Position numbers and translations under genes: made by a program | From: Eledone cirrhosa | Taxonomy: Eukaryota | Length of the DNA stretch: 64,000 bases | NCBI GenBank assembly: GCA_964016885.1 | Contig: OZ024742.1 | Span: forward strand, 87,978,001-88,042,000 | Direction of reading: 5' to 3' | The notes under the pieces: generated by a model | Told to the model about the DNA's origin: nothing | Database searches by the model: none | The model's input: the letters and a program-made list of their open reading frames with translations, nothing else | In this document: in pieces, positions 26,397-40,564 of the stretch | Layout of the letters: each line of letters opens with the position of its first letter | Position numbering within the stretch: position 1 is the stretch's first letter

Positions 26397-29007
26397 TAAA
26401 CGCAATGAGAAGTTTATTCAAATCAATAGTAAATTGAGTTCTATGACCTTATTTGGAGGTAGCTGAAAAACAAACCAATCAAATTGTTTTTTTCCCATAT
26501 GATGTTAAGACTAAAAATAACTCACTTTAGTTGAGGTCATGACCCATTGAAAAGAATGGTTGAATGGTGTTAAAAATAGAATTAATATAAAAAACCTATG
26601 AGGAAAAGGGATTGTTATATTGATATTTGAATGTCGATGGTGGAGTTAAGTTTAAAAAGGAATGTAAAAATTAAATGTTGAGTTGTGTTGTATGGAATTT
26701 TTAGATGAATATAAATAAGTAAATATAACTATAAACACTATCAAATACCATCGAAACAAATGCTTAGTGAGGTCATTCCTATCACACTAAACAACCGAAA
26801 AACCACAAATAAACTATTACTACACGATCTATGACCAATGTTATCAACTCACATATGACTACCAAACATTCAACTTCTCATAATCTACCCAATAATAACA
26901 CCAAATACAACCACTGCAATTTACAAATTCCACATATACAAATACTAACCATAAGAACTCTTCTAGAACACAGCACATTAATAGAAGTGGGAATAAGAAC
27001 TTAACTAAAAACCGCAAAAGAAACATAACATGGTACAACGCACCCTTCAACCTGCAAACTATTGGACAAATCGCCAACAAATTCTTCGAAATTCTACAAA
27101 AACATTGTCCACCAAACCACACATACCACCAAATATTTAACAGGTATACTGTTAAATTCTCATACTCTACATCAAACAATCTCCAGCAAAAAATAAGCAA
27201 CTACAACATTTATAAATTTTAAAATAATATGACCACACCACCACAACATCATTTAAATAAGACTACACCTTTTAAAAGGACAAATAATACAATCCTTCAA
27301 CCTGGAAAACACAACAACCCAAATCACCAACACAAAAACAACATAACACAAAATCACAATACAACCCTAGCACTAAACCACCCACAAACACCATTCATTC
27401 TCTCGCTAACATTAATTACAATAAGAATAGCTCAATGATTAATGAGAATTATGTAGGTACCCCCAACAACCATCTTACGTATGGTTGTAATTGCAGAATT
27501 AGAAGCGTTTGCCCCTTAAATGGTAACTGTTTGATTAATAATGTAATATATAAATGCACCGTGTCTACTACTGACTCAAACAAATCATATATAGGATCTA
27601 CATCGAACACATTTAAGAAAAGATATTACACACACTCCACTCTAGCAGTTTTAACAATACTAAACTAGCTAACAACACATCTTTAGCTGAAGCAGTAAAT
27701 AACTATTAAAATAAAAAATAGATTTCAAGCTATCGTGAGATACCATTCTGTAAAAAAATCCATATGTTTGGAAAAGGAGAAAATGCAGATTATCTTCCGG
27801 GGAGATCTTGGAAATTACTAAATCTAAGGACGATTTATTGAATAAAAGACAGGAACTGATTATAGCTTGTAATCACCGTATACAAAAAACATTTAAGTAC
27901 TATAAACCTAATTAAATATTCAAAATAGCAACTCACTATAATTCTATGGTACGTACCATTTGTTAGTATCCCCTTCCCCTATTTATACGCATTCCTGCTT
28001 ATTTTTTTATGTTTTAACCTTTTAATTGTTTAGCTTCTATAGATTCATGCGTTACTGACTAAGGGCAACAAGGTACATAACCACCTCTAATTGAATGGGT
28101 ATACGTGTATCTATGAATGTATGATATGAGAATATATATATATATATATATGTGTGTATATATATATGTATGTGTATGTGTGTGTATATGTGTATGTACA
28201 TGTATGTGTGTGTACATCTATATATGTATAAGTGTGTATATGTATGTATAAGTGTGTATATATATATATATGTATAAGTGTGTATATATATATATGTTTG
28301 TGTGCGCGTATGTATGTGTATGTATGTTTTTAATGGAGTATCAATATAATTATACCTATATCTATATATGTGAATATATGTACTTTTGTGATGTATGACA
28401 ATTATGCGTTTTGACTATATGTCAACATGCATTTATCTGAGTTTGATAACATACATAGACACATTTGAAAATATTTACTACTTTATATTTTATGATGCAT
28501 CATACGCTATACTATACTGTATACAATGTACCATACCGTACTATATTATATTACATTATATTATATAGAAACAATTATATTATATTATTATATTATTATA
28601 TTTAATTATCTTATTATAATTTTCATCTTTTAATATACTATCCTTCCTAGTTATGACCATTAATTTACCTATCTATATTTATCCTGGTTATCTCTGTATA
28701 TTTTATATTTACTTATTTATATCCATCTAAAAATTCCATACAACACAACTCAACATTTAATTTTTACATTCCTTTTTAAACTTAACTCCACCATCAATAT
28801 AATAATCCCTTTTTCCTCAATTCTATTTTTAACACCATTCAACCATTCCTTTCAAAGGGTCATGACCTCAACTAAAGTGAGTTATTTTTCCTATTAACAT
28901 CATATGGGAAAAAAACAATTTGATTGGTTTGTTCTTCAGCTACCTCAAAAATAAGGTCATAGAACTCAATTTACTATTGATTTTGAATAAAATTCTCATT
29001 GCTTTTG

Positions 29008-29103
29008 ACAACGGCTGATGATATACATGTAAGTAAATATATTAATTATCTGATATTTTTAACTAAGCCTACATAGATCGATAACGAAATATGCATACCA
29101 TGT
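29008..29103 (+). ncRNA. Hammerhead motif, long stem II region
   Basis: acaacgg-CTGATGA-(64 nt)-GAAA-tatgca-TA-ccatgt. Confidence 0.7.
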
Positions 29104-29317
29104 ATTATTATCACCTAGAAACGATCGTAATGCAGTAAAGTATATTTCTAATCAATTGAATTTTTATTTCATTGTTTTAACTTATATCATGACTCTGTTT
29201 TCCTTTTCATGTTTTATTTGTTTCCGGCATTTATTTTAACCTACAACATTTTTAACATATGGATTACATTGAGTTCTTGATGCAGACTAGGACCCACATT
29301 TAACCGTAGATATTTCT

Positions 29318-29558
<241 letters not shown>

Positions 29559-29690
29559 TCATTGATTGCCAAGTAAATCAACTATGCATATATAAAAGAT
29601 ACTGATGCCGAAACCATCCCGAACCAAAAAGTGAGTGTATTCTGTTATCATTTCTGGCAATATTATAACAATATAACCCTGCCCAAGTAT

Positions 29691-29775
<85 letters not shown>

Positions 29776-30651
29776 TATAGGTTTACATATACATAATTTA
29801 GACAGAGCCATAGATACATATATATGTGTTTTTGGCAACCTTTCACGGTGTGACACAATGAAGTATTAATTAATCAAATAATAAACAATCACGGCAGAAT
29901 ATAAGAAAGTAAGTCCATAGAATCATTTCATAAAATATATACACTATTTCTCCTCCCAATCACCATAATTAACGACACAAAATATTAATTAAACGAGGCT
30001 ATAATTTTAAAATGTACCTATGAAAAAACAATAGATAAATAAACGATAGCTATTTCATCCCTGATCAACAGCCAAAGAGGATTTACCTACTATTTCTAAT
30101 AGCCCGTATAAATTGATTAGATATATAGCGAACCATACACAATTAGGTACACAATCAAAGTTAGAAGAAAAAATGTACATAAACATACCAAAATTATATT
30201 TCTACCCAATGAGGTTTAATTCGCTTTTCGGAAATATCCGATCATCGATAAATTCACGAGTTTCGAAATCGTCAGCAAACGAACTCAATTGGACAAAGCT
30301 TTTTCTTAAATGATCCCCGCCAGAAACGAATTCAAAATGGTTAAGAATTGTCACATGGCCAGTGGTCAAGTCAGAAAGTTTGTGATTGGTGCCTGACGGC
30401 GAGTAGCTGTTTGCTATAAATCGCAGACGAATACTGCCTAAATTGTTACTCAATCATACGGGAGTATATAAAATATATAGGTGTACATATACATTAACTA
30501 GACAGAGCCATATGAAGATATTCAGGACCCCAACGGCCGGAACTCTGCCTACAGGGTACTGAATATTTTCATATCACGCACTCTACAACCTCAAGTATCT
30601 TGCAACCTGGTGCGTTATGGTCCAGCTGAAATCTTACCACATCCACTTTGT

Positions 30652-30736
<85 letters not shown>

Positions 30737-31118
30737 CACATATATATGTATATACAGTTTGTATACACACAAAATAATTTAAGAGTTTAAGGCTTCTAAT
30801 AACTGACAAACTGTTTCTACCCTGGGAATGCTATATATTGCATATTATTTTATATGACAATTTGCGATTAGTGAGTATACACTGTTGGTGTCATCAGAGT
30901 TTAATTAAAATAGGCTTACAAATCAGTCAAGAAAAGAACTACAACAAAGTGTCACGATAAATGTTTACAGTAATAGAAAATGCCACCAGGTTTAAACTCT
31001 AATTCCCTATAAGAAAGACAACTAAACAGATGCTATTCTGACTATGATATTTTTTCTGACTCCGATGCTTTTTTAACAGCATTTCTAACTGTAAACATGT
31101 ATTGTGATACTTTCATGA

Positions 31119-31210
<92 letters not shown>

Positions 31211-32761
31211 CTCTACACAATGAATGTATATGCCGTGTTCATGCGAATGACAAATATTAGTAGATAAGTAGAAATATTCATAGAAATTTCGAGAAGTTAG
31301 ATAAAGTGGTAGAAATCCTTATTGTCAATCATTTGTCTGAGTGATTTGATAGACGATGTATTCAGATAGCGAATCTTAAGCACATTTTTGCTTCGATATA
31401 TACCGACCACTACATCAGAACGGACAATTTACAAATTATAAAGAATGAATGGACACAAGAGAAAGGTAACGTCACGAAAATACACACAACCCTAGGTGAT
31501 GACAAAATAGTTTCTGAAATATTTGATATTCATTATATCCCACACAAAGACACACACAAATTCAACATCAGCCTTTTTGTCGGGATGGATTATCTCCCTT
31601 GCATCTCCAGAATTATCCTAGATCATCCGTAAGTTTTCCCCCTTATGATGACATGCCAGTTGATCACCACTTTAGAGATTTTCCAGACAACCAAATCAAA
31701 GTAATTTATATATTAGAGTATTATTCTCTACAGAAGGTTGTTGCTACATTCAAGTAGTAACCCTTTACGTTTACTCTTTTAATGTAGTTTTGTACTATTG
31801 TAGATATCTTCGTAAAAATCACTTTGGAATAATGATTTGTAGCTACAATATATGCAATTATGTTAAAACTAGCATATCACTGGATATGTCCGTCATTCAC
31901 CCATAAGAGTTACTTTCCTGGTGCACTTTAATTTTAATTTGGGCCATTATGATTATGCCTGACCTTAGTTTTTTTTCTATATGTAGCCTCCTTATAGATT
32001 TTTCAGACAGGCTTCATAAGTTTACAAGATATGATGAGTACTAATGGACTTAAACATGCTTATAGCTGTCCACTCTCAATAAAAATACAGCACATTTAAC
32101 ATTAGTCACGTAAATACATTTTCAAAAACAAATCATCTTACTTTTTGATATTGGAAAATGAAAAATGAAAAGAAGATATTAAACAAAAACAATGTTAAGG
32201 ACATGGCAGCGACGGACGCATACTCCAGTCTGAGGAGTATATTTCTGATGCGACCTACGGACAGAATGGCGAAGGCATTGCCACACAGAATAGTCAGTTA
32301 AACATGCTGAAGCAGCCACCCCACCGCACGGGGCTTCTTCTTCAGTATATGTGTTACAGACATCTGTTGCTAGGTTTTAGATTCCTTTTTCCATATAACA
32401 ACTGATAATTCGTTTACTGTATGCTATGACGTGCACCACTCCTAATCTTTTTTCATAGAATATCATTCCATTGCCATATTTGACAAATTCTCCTTAAAAA
32501 CCGTGTGTCGACTATGTTAACTTTTCTCAAAAAGATAACATTCGCTATATCGAGATGAAAAAATATACCAGTCAATTTTTATTGTCCCTACGATGAACCA
32601 AAAAACACAGCGATAATAATAATAATACATCAATATCTAGAAATGTTCCTGACATGCACTTATATATTACATACTGAGACGGATGTAATATTTGAAGGAT
32701 ACTTCCCTGAAAAGTATATTTCCTCTTGAACAGTATATCTTACATTATTTCATCAGTTGTT

Positions 32762-32950
32762 GGGCGGTGGGTTGGCAGTATCGGTAGAAGGTCGGATGCC
32801 ATGCTTTAAAGTACACAGTTAAACCTCTTTACACTATGTGTTCCAATCCTGCCGAGGTTAACTTTGCCTTTCATCATTGCGGAGTCGATAAAATAAAGTT
32901 CCAGTATCCACTGGGATAATTGCTGGCCTTTTGCCAAAAAACAATTATTT
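32762..32950 (+). mobile_element. tRNA-derived SINE
   Basis: gggcggtgggttggcagtatcggtagaagg...gccgaggttaactttgcctttcatc...gtcgataaaataaag. Confidence 0.85.
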
Positions 32951-33154
32951 CCTTAGTTGGCGTGCATATCTATGTATATTTATACGGAACTGTAAATCCT
33001 GATGAAGTGACGTAAGGTAGTGACATACGTTTTTTAAGCAATTGACAGTCGATTAATTCCTAAAAATGAAGGAGAGGCTTGCGCGAGAGTGGACTGGGAT
33101 TGTTTATCGACCTCCTGAAAACAATGAAAGAAAAAGTTGTTCCTATATATATAT

Positions 33155-33196
<42 letters not shown>

Positions 33197-33203
<7 letters not shown>

Positions 33204-34950
33204 CAAGTATGACCCCGACGGCAGAGCTCAAGCGGTTTCGACGGCTATTTCTGGACTAAATTAGAATTTTTAGCCTGGTGAATACATAGCCGAACTTGTC
33301 AAGGGAGTACTTCCTCATATGGGAACATTGTAGTTGTCACGAGGATTGGTTAAAATTTGTTGTAAACACAAATAAGTCTATCATGGCATTTGGTTGGAGG
33401 TAGGGGTGGCTGAACTTGCCTGTAGAACAATAGGGGAGTGAGTGGAGCGCTCAAGCGTTGAAAGTGATATGTATAGAACAGATTCTAAGGATAGTGTATG
33501 AAGTGGAGGAGGGCGGTTATAGAATAGGTAAATCGAATGAGAGTTGGAGACAATAAAAGATGATAGAAATAAATAAAAAAATATATAAAATTAGATAGTG
33601 AGAAATCAATAAAAAAAATCTCAGTGCTATCTTACAATTACAGGTTAATAAGATGAGAATAGAAAAAAAACTTGTAGAGATTGAGTAGTAACAAGACTAA
33701 CACAAAATTAAAGGGGTTTAACACATCTGCTATACGTAGTTAGTAAAACGTATTCGGCCAATTCTATCTTAAAATTACATGGGTGGTGGAGCTGATGCTA
33801 CAGAGGCTCGATTGGCTGCATCAAAGTAGGCGAGAGGGGAAAGCAGACGAGGAAGAACATAGGGGCTGGAAGGAAGTGAGAGGATGAGACAGGGGAAGAA
33901 GAAGAAAAAGAGGAAAAGAAAAGTGATACATCTACCGATGTAAGCAACGGTTTCCCCTAACTCATTCGGCAAGTGTGGGGTGGGTATCAGCCCTTGTCTA
34001 CCCACCCGGTTCGTTATGGGGTTTGAGGGCGAGGTAAGTCCTACGCAATCTGTGTTTGGATGCGGTTACCAGTTCGTCTTTCTTGCTTAGGAGTTGGTCT
34101 TCGAAAACAGCATGTGTAATGTTTCCTCCGAGCATAAGTTACACGGACGTCGTCCTCCCGGGTCAGAGTTTGTTCTGGACAGTAAGCTCCAAGTGAGATT
34201 GTAGGTTATATTATTATCTTGGAGGTCCCAGATGTGGCCCGAAAGTGTAATGGCATGTCGCCGGACCGGGTTTCGGAATGTATGTCGGTGTTGGTAGAGC
34301 CGGGTCTTGAAGTCACACGTGGTTAATCCTATGTAAGGTTTGTTGGAGGTGTCCGTCCTTACGTTGCACTGGTAGATCACTTTGCGCTCTCGGCATTTGT
34401 TGTTGAGTGTGCACGTAAATCTATCAGGGCAGTTACACCTCCTGGTCGGCTCTCTACTGATGTCTAGGTTATCACTTCCATATGGGTTGAGTTCTATTGT
34501 TGTTTGAGGAGATGATGTTTTGTGCGAAGTTAGGTGTGGTGCTGTAGGAGAGTTTTATGATGTTTTGTCGATTATGTTGTCGTAGCGGTGTTGTAGTGGG
34601 AAGTGTTTTTCGAGGAGTCTAAAGAAGATGTTCCCGATAGGTGTTGCCACCTCGGCATTATGGGGAGGATTGAACCCCGTTACGTTGCGTGAGTGGTGAT
34701 GTCGCCTGCTGGTTCCACTCAGGGAAGCTGTATAAAAGGATATTTCCTCCTGTAAGCCACTCCGCTTGAGGGCCTGGTTGTAATGAGGCCCGTGTTCGTC
34801 GAATATCTGCTCATTAGCGGACAAACGAGATATGCGGAGGGAGATGTTTTTAACCAGGTTATGCGTGATGTTTCTATGATGGTTAGAGCTGCGGTGCGGG
34901 TTGTCGTTTGGTTTCCTGTATGGGTAGTACAGATCATTTTCAAGGTGAAG
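33197..34950 (-). mobile_element. Naiad-type PLE, 5'-truncated (RT thumb, linker, GIY-YIG endonuclease, 3' UTR)
   Basis: ORFs 34555-34824 (YNQALKRSG...FNPPHN...IGNIFFRLLEKHFP) and 34087-34380 (IYQC...YIGLT..FKTRLYQH...IW...W...CNLC.EE). The 3' end abuts (TA)n at 33197. Confidence 0.9.
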
Positions 34951-35026
34951 GTAATAATATATATATTATCACGCTCTGATACAATCAACACCATAATCAC
35001 AGAGCTGGCATATCTAAGAACTGACT

Positions 35027-35084
35027 AACTGCCTGATGACTTCATAGCCACTCAATGGCTATCGTCGAAATATATATAGCAGTA
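35027..35084 (+). ncRNA. Hammerhead ribozyme motif
   Basis: actgc-CTGATGA-cttc atagcca ctcaa tggctat cgtc-GAAA-tatata-TA-gcagt, followed by aataaa. Confidence 0.75.
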
Positions 35085-35234
35085 AATAAAGGATTATGAG
35101 TTCATGCAAAAAATATACTACCAATAAAACCGTCCCCGGGTGGTTTTCTTCTAGCGTATGTAGTGTGCATATTGGTATTATACGCAAATATATATGCATA
35201 TAGATATATGTAAATTGAAAAGTAAATTTACAAT

Positions 35235-35905
35235 ATCTTCTTCACCCACTTATTTCTGAGAGGGTCGTGGGGGTAGAGTCCTTCTCAAACACTCCTTCCA
35301 GCGAGTCTGTCTGTGGCAAACATATCTAACTGATACAGCTTGATCCCAAAGCGTGACCAGCCAAGCTCATGGATGGTATCCAATTATCTAGCTCAGGGTC
35401 TACCTCTGGGTCTCTTGCCGGTTAGTTTTGTTTGTAAAATGTGTCCAGCGATTCTTTACCGAGACATTCTAACAACATGCTCATAATATCGGAGTTGTGA
35501 TTTCTCAATTAGGAGGAGTAGCGGCTCTACCAGGAGTGACTCTCTGGGCTCTGAGTTATGCACTTTATCGAATAACGTTACTCCAAAAACCCTTCGCAGG
35601 AATCTCATTTCTGTCACCTTTATTTGCAATTGTATTATTGTTGTCATTACTCAAGATTCATGATCCTCGGTAAGAGTTGGCAGGAATACCAGGAAGACAG
35701 CGAGTTTGGCTTTTACACCTAAAATCATCTGTTTGCTGAGGCTGGCGCTTTACTGCATCAGCTTTTGCAATTCTTGCACTTAATTCAGTCTCCTGCATTC
35801 CATCACTCATGAACACGGCTCCAAGATACTTGAACCTCTCTACCTGCTGCAGTAGAACTCCATTCACATGTATATAAATTTGAAGGACTTTTGTCCGCCC
35901 GTCCA
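35235..35905 (-). mobile_element. RTE-clade LINE 3' fragment
   Basis: QVERFKYLGAVF..DG..E.ELSARIAKA; EMRFLRRVFGVTLFDKVHN..RESL.VEP....IEKSQLRYYEHVVRM; GRP motif. A short related 3' tip lies at 48675-48742. Confidence 0.85.
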
Positions 35906-36099
35906 TCACGCAATGTGTATGTGTGTTTGTGTAAATGTATGTTTGTGTAAAAGGAAGGAAAGGGATACACACATATATGTCTCTAACATAAAAACAGTGA
36001 CACACATACACGTGTCTCTAATTTAAGTACGCCGACAACCTTACGCACCTGCACATACACACACTGTATTATTACCACTCAAGAGCTTTGGCCCGGGCA

Positions 36100-36735
36100 A
36101 ACATCCTCTCAAATTTGGAACCGTCTGGGTTGTCCAGAATTGATGAGAAACTTAACAGTCTTGCTCTGTGCTCCTGGTCAAGTTAGTGACTATTTTGCTT
36201 CTTCCCACATCCGGGATGAAGCGGTAAGGGCGAGAGCTACAGCATCCGTATCTGAACCGAACAAAATCCTAAAATACCGTGTTCTGTCAGCTGTGGTGTT
36301 CGAGACGTTTGTGGGAGTCGGGCTACTGACAGCGAGGTTCTTATCTTCACTGGCGGCTCGCCAAATAGAGGTAACTGGTGATGCTCGTGAGAGCACTTGG
36401 CTGTTCCAGCAGCTCAGCCTCACCATCACCACAGGACACGCTGCGAGCGTGTTGGCCTGCCTCAAAAATTATTGAGAGATTTCACAGTACTCTTCGTCAT
36501 ATTGTTATATTTTGCTCTGGTAGCGGCTCGTTTTTCCACCCCTTTCGTTTGCATTTTGTTCTATGCGGTCTAAGATGTGGGTATTAGGTGCTTGTGTATG
36601 TTTTCTCTTTCTTTTTTTTCCTTTCGCTTTCCTTTGTATATATTATATTTGTTAGTGTTTTCGTTCTGAAAGCATTACATTAAATGTGTTTAAAAAAGAG
36701 GTAATAAATAAATAAAGAGTTAATAAATAAATAAA
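36100..36735 (+). mobile_element. CRE-like non-LTR retrotransposon 3' fragment (REL endonuclease C-terminus)
   Basis: ORF 36140-36475 AVVFETFVGVG...FLSSLA.R..EVTGDARESTWLFQQLSLTITTGHAASVL matches the ET.G...QRLS.A.QRGNA pattern; followed by (TAAA)n. Confidence 0.7.
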
Positions 36736-36787
36736 ATGTTTTACTTGTTTTAACCTCCCATCTCCAATTCATCGAAAGCTATCATGA

Positions 36788-36965
36788 CTGTATGTGTGTG
36801 TTTGTGTAAATGTATATGTGTGAATGTATGTATGTTTGTGTAAATGTATATGTGTGAATGTATGCGTATTTGTGTGAAAGTATGTGTGAATGTATGTATG
36901 TTTCTGTGAAAGTATGTGTGATTGTATGTATATTTTTGTGAAAGTATGTGTATTTGTGTGAATTA
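36788..36965. repeat. Degenerate TG-rich minisatellite
   Basis: tttgtgtaaatgtatatgtgtgaatgtatg units of about 30-32 bp repeated 5-6 times. Confidence 0.8.
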
Positions 36966-38694
36966 TGTCCGTTAGAGTGTATTTTTATAAGTTTGTGTTT
37001 GCGTGATTATAGTTATATACTAATAATAGTTATATACTCATACATATAGATGTCAGCGTGTAGAAAGTCATAATCTCTCTATCTCTCTCATCACACACTT
37101 TCTCTTTCTATATATATGGTGGCGACGATATACCGGAAGTGCAACTTTGAAAAGAAGTCAATTTGAAATTATTTATTTTTACGAAATTATTTTTGTTTAC
37201 GAAATTGAGTACAGAAATTATGTAATATTCATTCATTATTTATTCAAAGTAATCCAACTTATTTTACAAACGGGATAAAAGAAAAAAAAAACGTACGCAA
37301 TACCGCAGACCTTCCTTATAGTTTAGATAAAGAGTTTCAATAGTTACTGTTATTTTCTTTTGATATACATTATTTTATTTCTCGATATTCCTAAGGTCGT
37401 TAGTGCATGCCTTCAGCATTTAAACATTTATCATTCGTTGAACCATGCACTCAACATCTGTAAGAGGTGTTAATATGCAAACTGCTTGCTTCACTCCATC
37501 AAGAGTATGAACTATATTAAAATAATCATCTTAATATATTTTTAACCTAAATGCATTCTTAGCATGCCTTCATAAATATTGGTTTATATTTATATGTGTT
37601 TACAATTGGAATTTCAGTAAATATTTTGTATCGAATGTCTTTATGCCAATATTACATTTAAAATTATTTTCTTGTTTTGTTGTAGAGTTAATGATTTATA
37701 TTCCAGCAGCTTCCGAAATCTAATATGCATGAATTCTTTTTTGTTTACATAATCAGTAAGGGTACTATGTATACAGGCACTTGTGAACAATAAAGAAATC
37801 CCTATCATTATCATTCTTGCTGTTGTCGTTGTCATTGTTCTTGTTGTTGATACTTGTTGTTGTTGTTTTCTTGTTTTAAGTGTTTTCGTGCTGCAGATTC
37901 TACCCAAGCTTGAATAAAGAATGGAAGTAATATTTTGAGCATTTCCAAAATTACGCACTTTTTTGGAAACTTTATACATAAATTAATTGAGGTGTTCTAC
38001 ATCCGAGGAAACCTACAATATCTGAAGCAATACATATCTATTTCATCTGAATTCTGGGTGAAATGCCTATTTGTCACACGCCTCATCATAGATCAATTCG
38101 ATTTTATTTCAGATGAAGAAATACTAGAGTCACAATATATATATATATATCACTGACGTTTCTGACCTATGGATCTCAATTAAATTCTTAGAACATTAGG
38201 AGGAAATGCAATGCGTTGATGTGTATTTTAGCATCAACTGCTCGTATGAGGCTGTATTGAACATACTTTTCATCCATAAACCATTCCAAGGATATGCTGT
38301 AGAGAGAATTCTAGGAAGGATTTACGACTAATAATCAGAGCCAAAGGCGTAGCTGCTGCATATAACTTCTTGTACAGATTATTGAAGAATGTTGTTATGT
38401 CAGGGGAACAATAAATGAAGCAGACAAAGAATAATATAGCAAAGTAAAAATACAGCTGTAAAAGCAAGGAGAAAATCTCCTACTATGTTACTATCAGATA
38501 CAACTCCCAGATAAAACAAATAAGACCTTCTAGCACACGATTAAACGAGTTTACAAGGTAACTCAGGTACATTACCCCGACCAAAATAACCAAAATATAT
38601 ATTGTATTGTTTAATGTGCGCACAACAGTGACCATCACATAAATCATAATTAGTTGTATTATTATTTTTATTATTATTATTATTGTTGTTGTTT

Positions 38695-39265
38695 TTGAGT
38701 ATCAGTCATTGATGTTATTTAACTGGAAAGTTTGTTCAAAATGAATATCAAGCCACTACCTGCAGCCTCAGATATTCCGGACGTATCGGAGTGTTCTTGC
38801 TGTTCCCAGCAAGCATGCCTTTTGAAGTGTTCCAAAAAGCGGGGCGGGACCAATTTTCTTTAAACATCCTTGGAAACACTTTGAGATAGTACCTAGTGCG
38901 CCTATGACAATCGGGACCACTTTGACTTCATGGCAGTTCCAAATCCTTTTTACCTTCCACTTTAAGTCCTGGTATCGGTTAATTTTCTCCCTCACCTTCT
39001 CTTGCACTCTTGCGTCGAATGGGCAGGATACATCCACTATCAGGCACTATCTGTTTTCCTTGTCCAAAACCGCCAGGTCAGGTCTATTGCGTTCCAGTTT
39101 CTTGACCGTCTGTATCCTAAAATCCGACAGCACCTTCACCTGATCGTTTTCTATCACCGACTCTGGCTTATGCTCATACCACTTCTCAGAATGTGGTAAA
39201 TTGTTTACTTTGCATAGGTGCCAGTGGATCACCCTGCCCATCTCATCATGTCTCCGGCCCCACAT
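38695..39265 (-). mobile_element. R4/Dong-type LINE 3' fragment (REL endonuclease)
   Basis: RHD...IHWHLC...WYEHKPE...NRPDLAV.DK; DVSCPFD...EKINRYQDL...VVPIVIGALG...LQKACLLGTARTLR. The 3' end abuts (TAA)n. Confidence 0.92.
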
Positions 39266-40564
39266 AGTACCCAAAGAAGGTACTATGAAGGGATTTTTTT
39301 TAGGGATAGGGAAGAAGACGCACGTGGTGGAGAGAAGGTCAGGAAATCGCTCCCGTAAGTTTTTGATTTTTAACATATTTAAATCAATTGTGAAATAACA
39401 ATTCTTAGTACAAATGAGACATTAAACACCAGACTCAAGTCTCAGAAACATTCGGATCCATAATATATTGTTATATCGCTCAAATTTTGTATTATACATT
39501 TTATATTCAAAAAAGAAAATGGTTATAAAGGGAAGAAAACCCTCTCTACTTACACTATATAGAACAGCCAAATAACAGCAATTTCACCAATACCACCACC
39601 AATCCCAGCATAATAATAATAATTACTATTATTATTGTCTCAAGTTGTCATAAAATGTTTAATTCCAATATTAAGGTAATATGTCAACACATATATTAAA
39701 CATACGCGACTAACCGCATAGATTCACCGATGAAACAAACTACAGTCTATTCAACAAAACTCAGAAACGACAACGCCATCAGTAAAGTCACCGCCGCCAC
39801 CACTCCATACATCATTGCTACCACTATCCCATCACCGCCGCCACCACTCCTTCATTGCTACCACCGCTATTCCCCCATTACCTTCTGTTAACTTACGAAA
39901 GGGGAAGGTGGCGGTATCACTAGACAATATTAATAAACAATATTAATATTTAATTTTGGATCAGGAATGTTTGAATCGAAAAGGAGGAAAATGGCAAAAA
40001 TGACTAAATAGCTAAATAGCTAAAGATAATTTCACCACCAACAACACCACCACTACCACGCTAAAAACTCTGGTCAAGTTGCCTCAACCTCTATTTCTAC
40101 TTCAACTTCAACACCTTCACTACAGTACTACGATCACATCACCACCACCACTGCCTCATTATTGCTACCGCCGCTATTCTCGACCACTACCTGCTGCTAG
40201 GTACTACTAGCACAGCACCACCAACACCACCACCACCACCACCACCACTGCCTCATTATCACTACCGCCGCTATTCTCTCCCACTACATCCTGCTACATC
40301 GTAGTGTCCCCACTAAAAGAGGAAGGCATCAAAATATATAAATAGACTGAATTGATGACCCGGTCAACATCAAAAAACCAAAATCAAAATCAAAGCAGCA
40401 CGGAAACAACGAAAAACGTAAAGAAAAGAAAAATGAAGAGAAAAACAAACAGACGGACAGAGAAGAGAAAAACTAAGTCAGACATTCAAACATTACATTT
40501 CAATGAAACTTATGCGTATCCATTTTTTTTTTGGGGGGGGGGTGCCTGATTGTTTGTTTGTTTA

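Noticed and set aside
27435-27900. Possible selenocysteine (UGA) recoding, as reported for some Naiad PLEs
   Set aside because: The conserved Cys codons are TGY. The TGA seen at about 27737 falls at a conserved Trp position and looks like decay. No SECIS was identified.
32990-33035. ctgatga...gacatacgtt hammerhead-like string
   Set aside because: GAAA is absent (gaca) and stems I and II are not convincing.
36788-36965. CRISPR-like periodic array
   Set aside because: Low-complexity TG minisatellite without unique spacers, in a eukaryotic context.
37115-38470. ETS-like ccggaagt at 37133 and moderately GC-richer sequence downstream as a host promoter or exons
   Set aside because: Single motif, no CpG island, no consistent ORF or splice structure, and no recognisable protein.
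39270-40560. Thr/Pro-rich coding exon or L1 ORF1 remnant
   Set aside because: Mostly (CAC)n low complexity; similarity to 43700-44180 is compositional and could not be established by eye.
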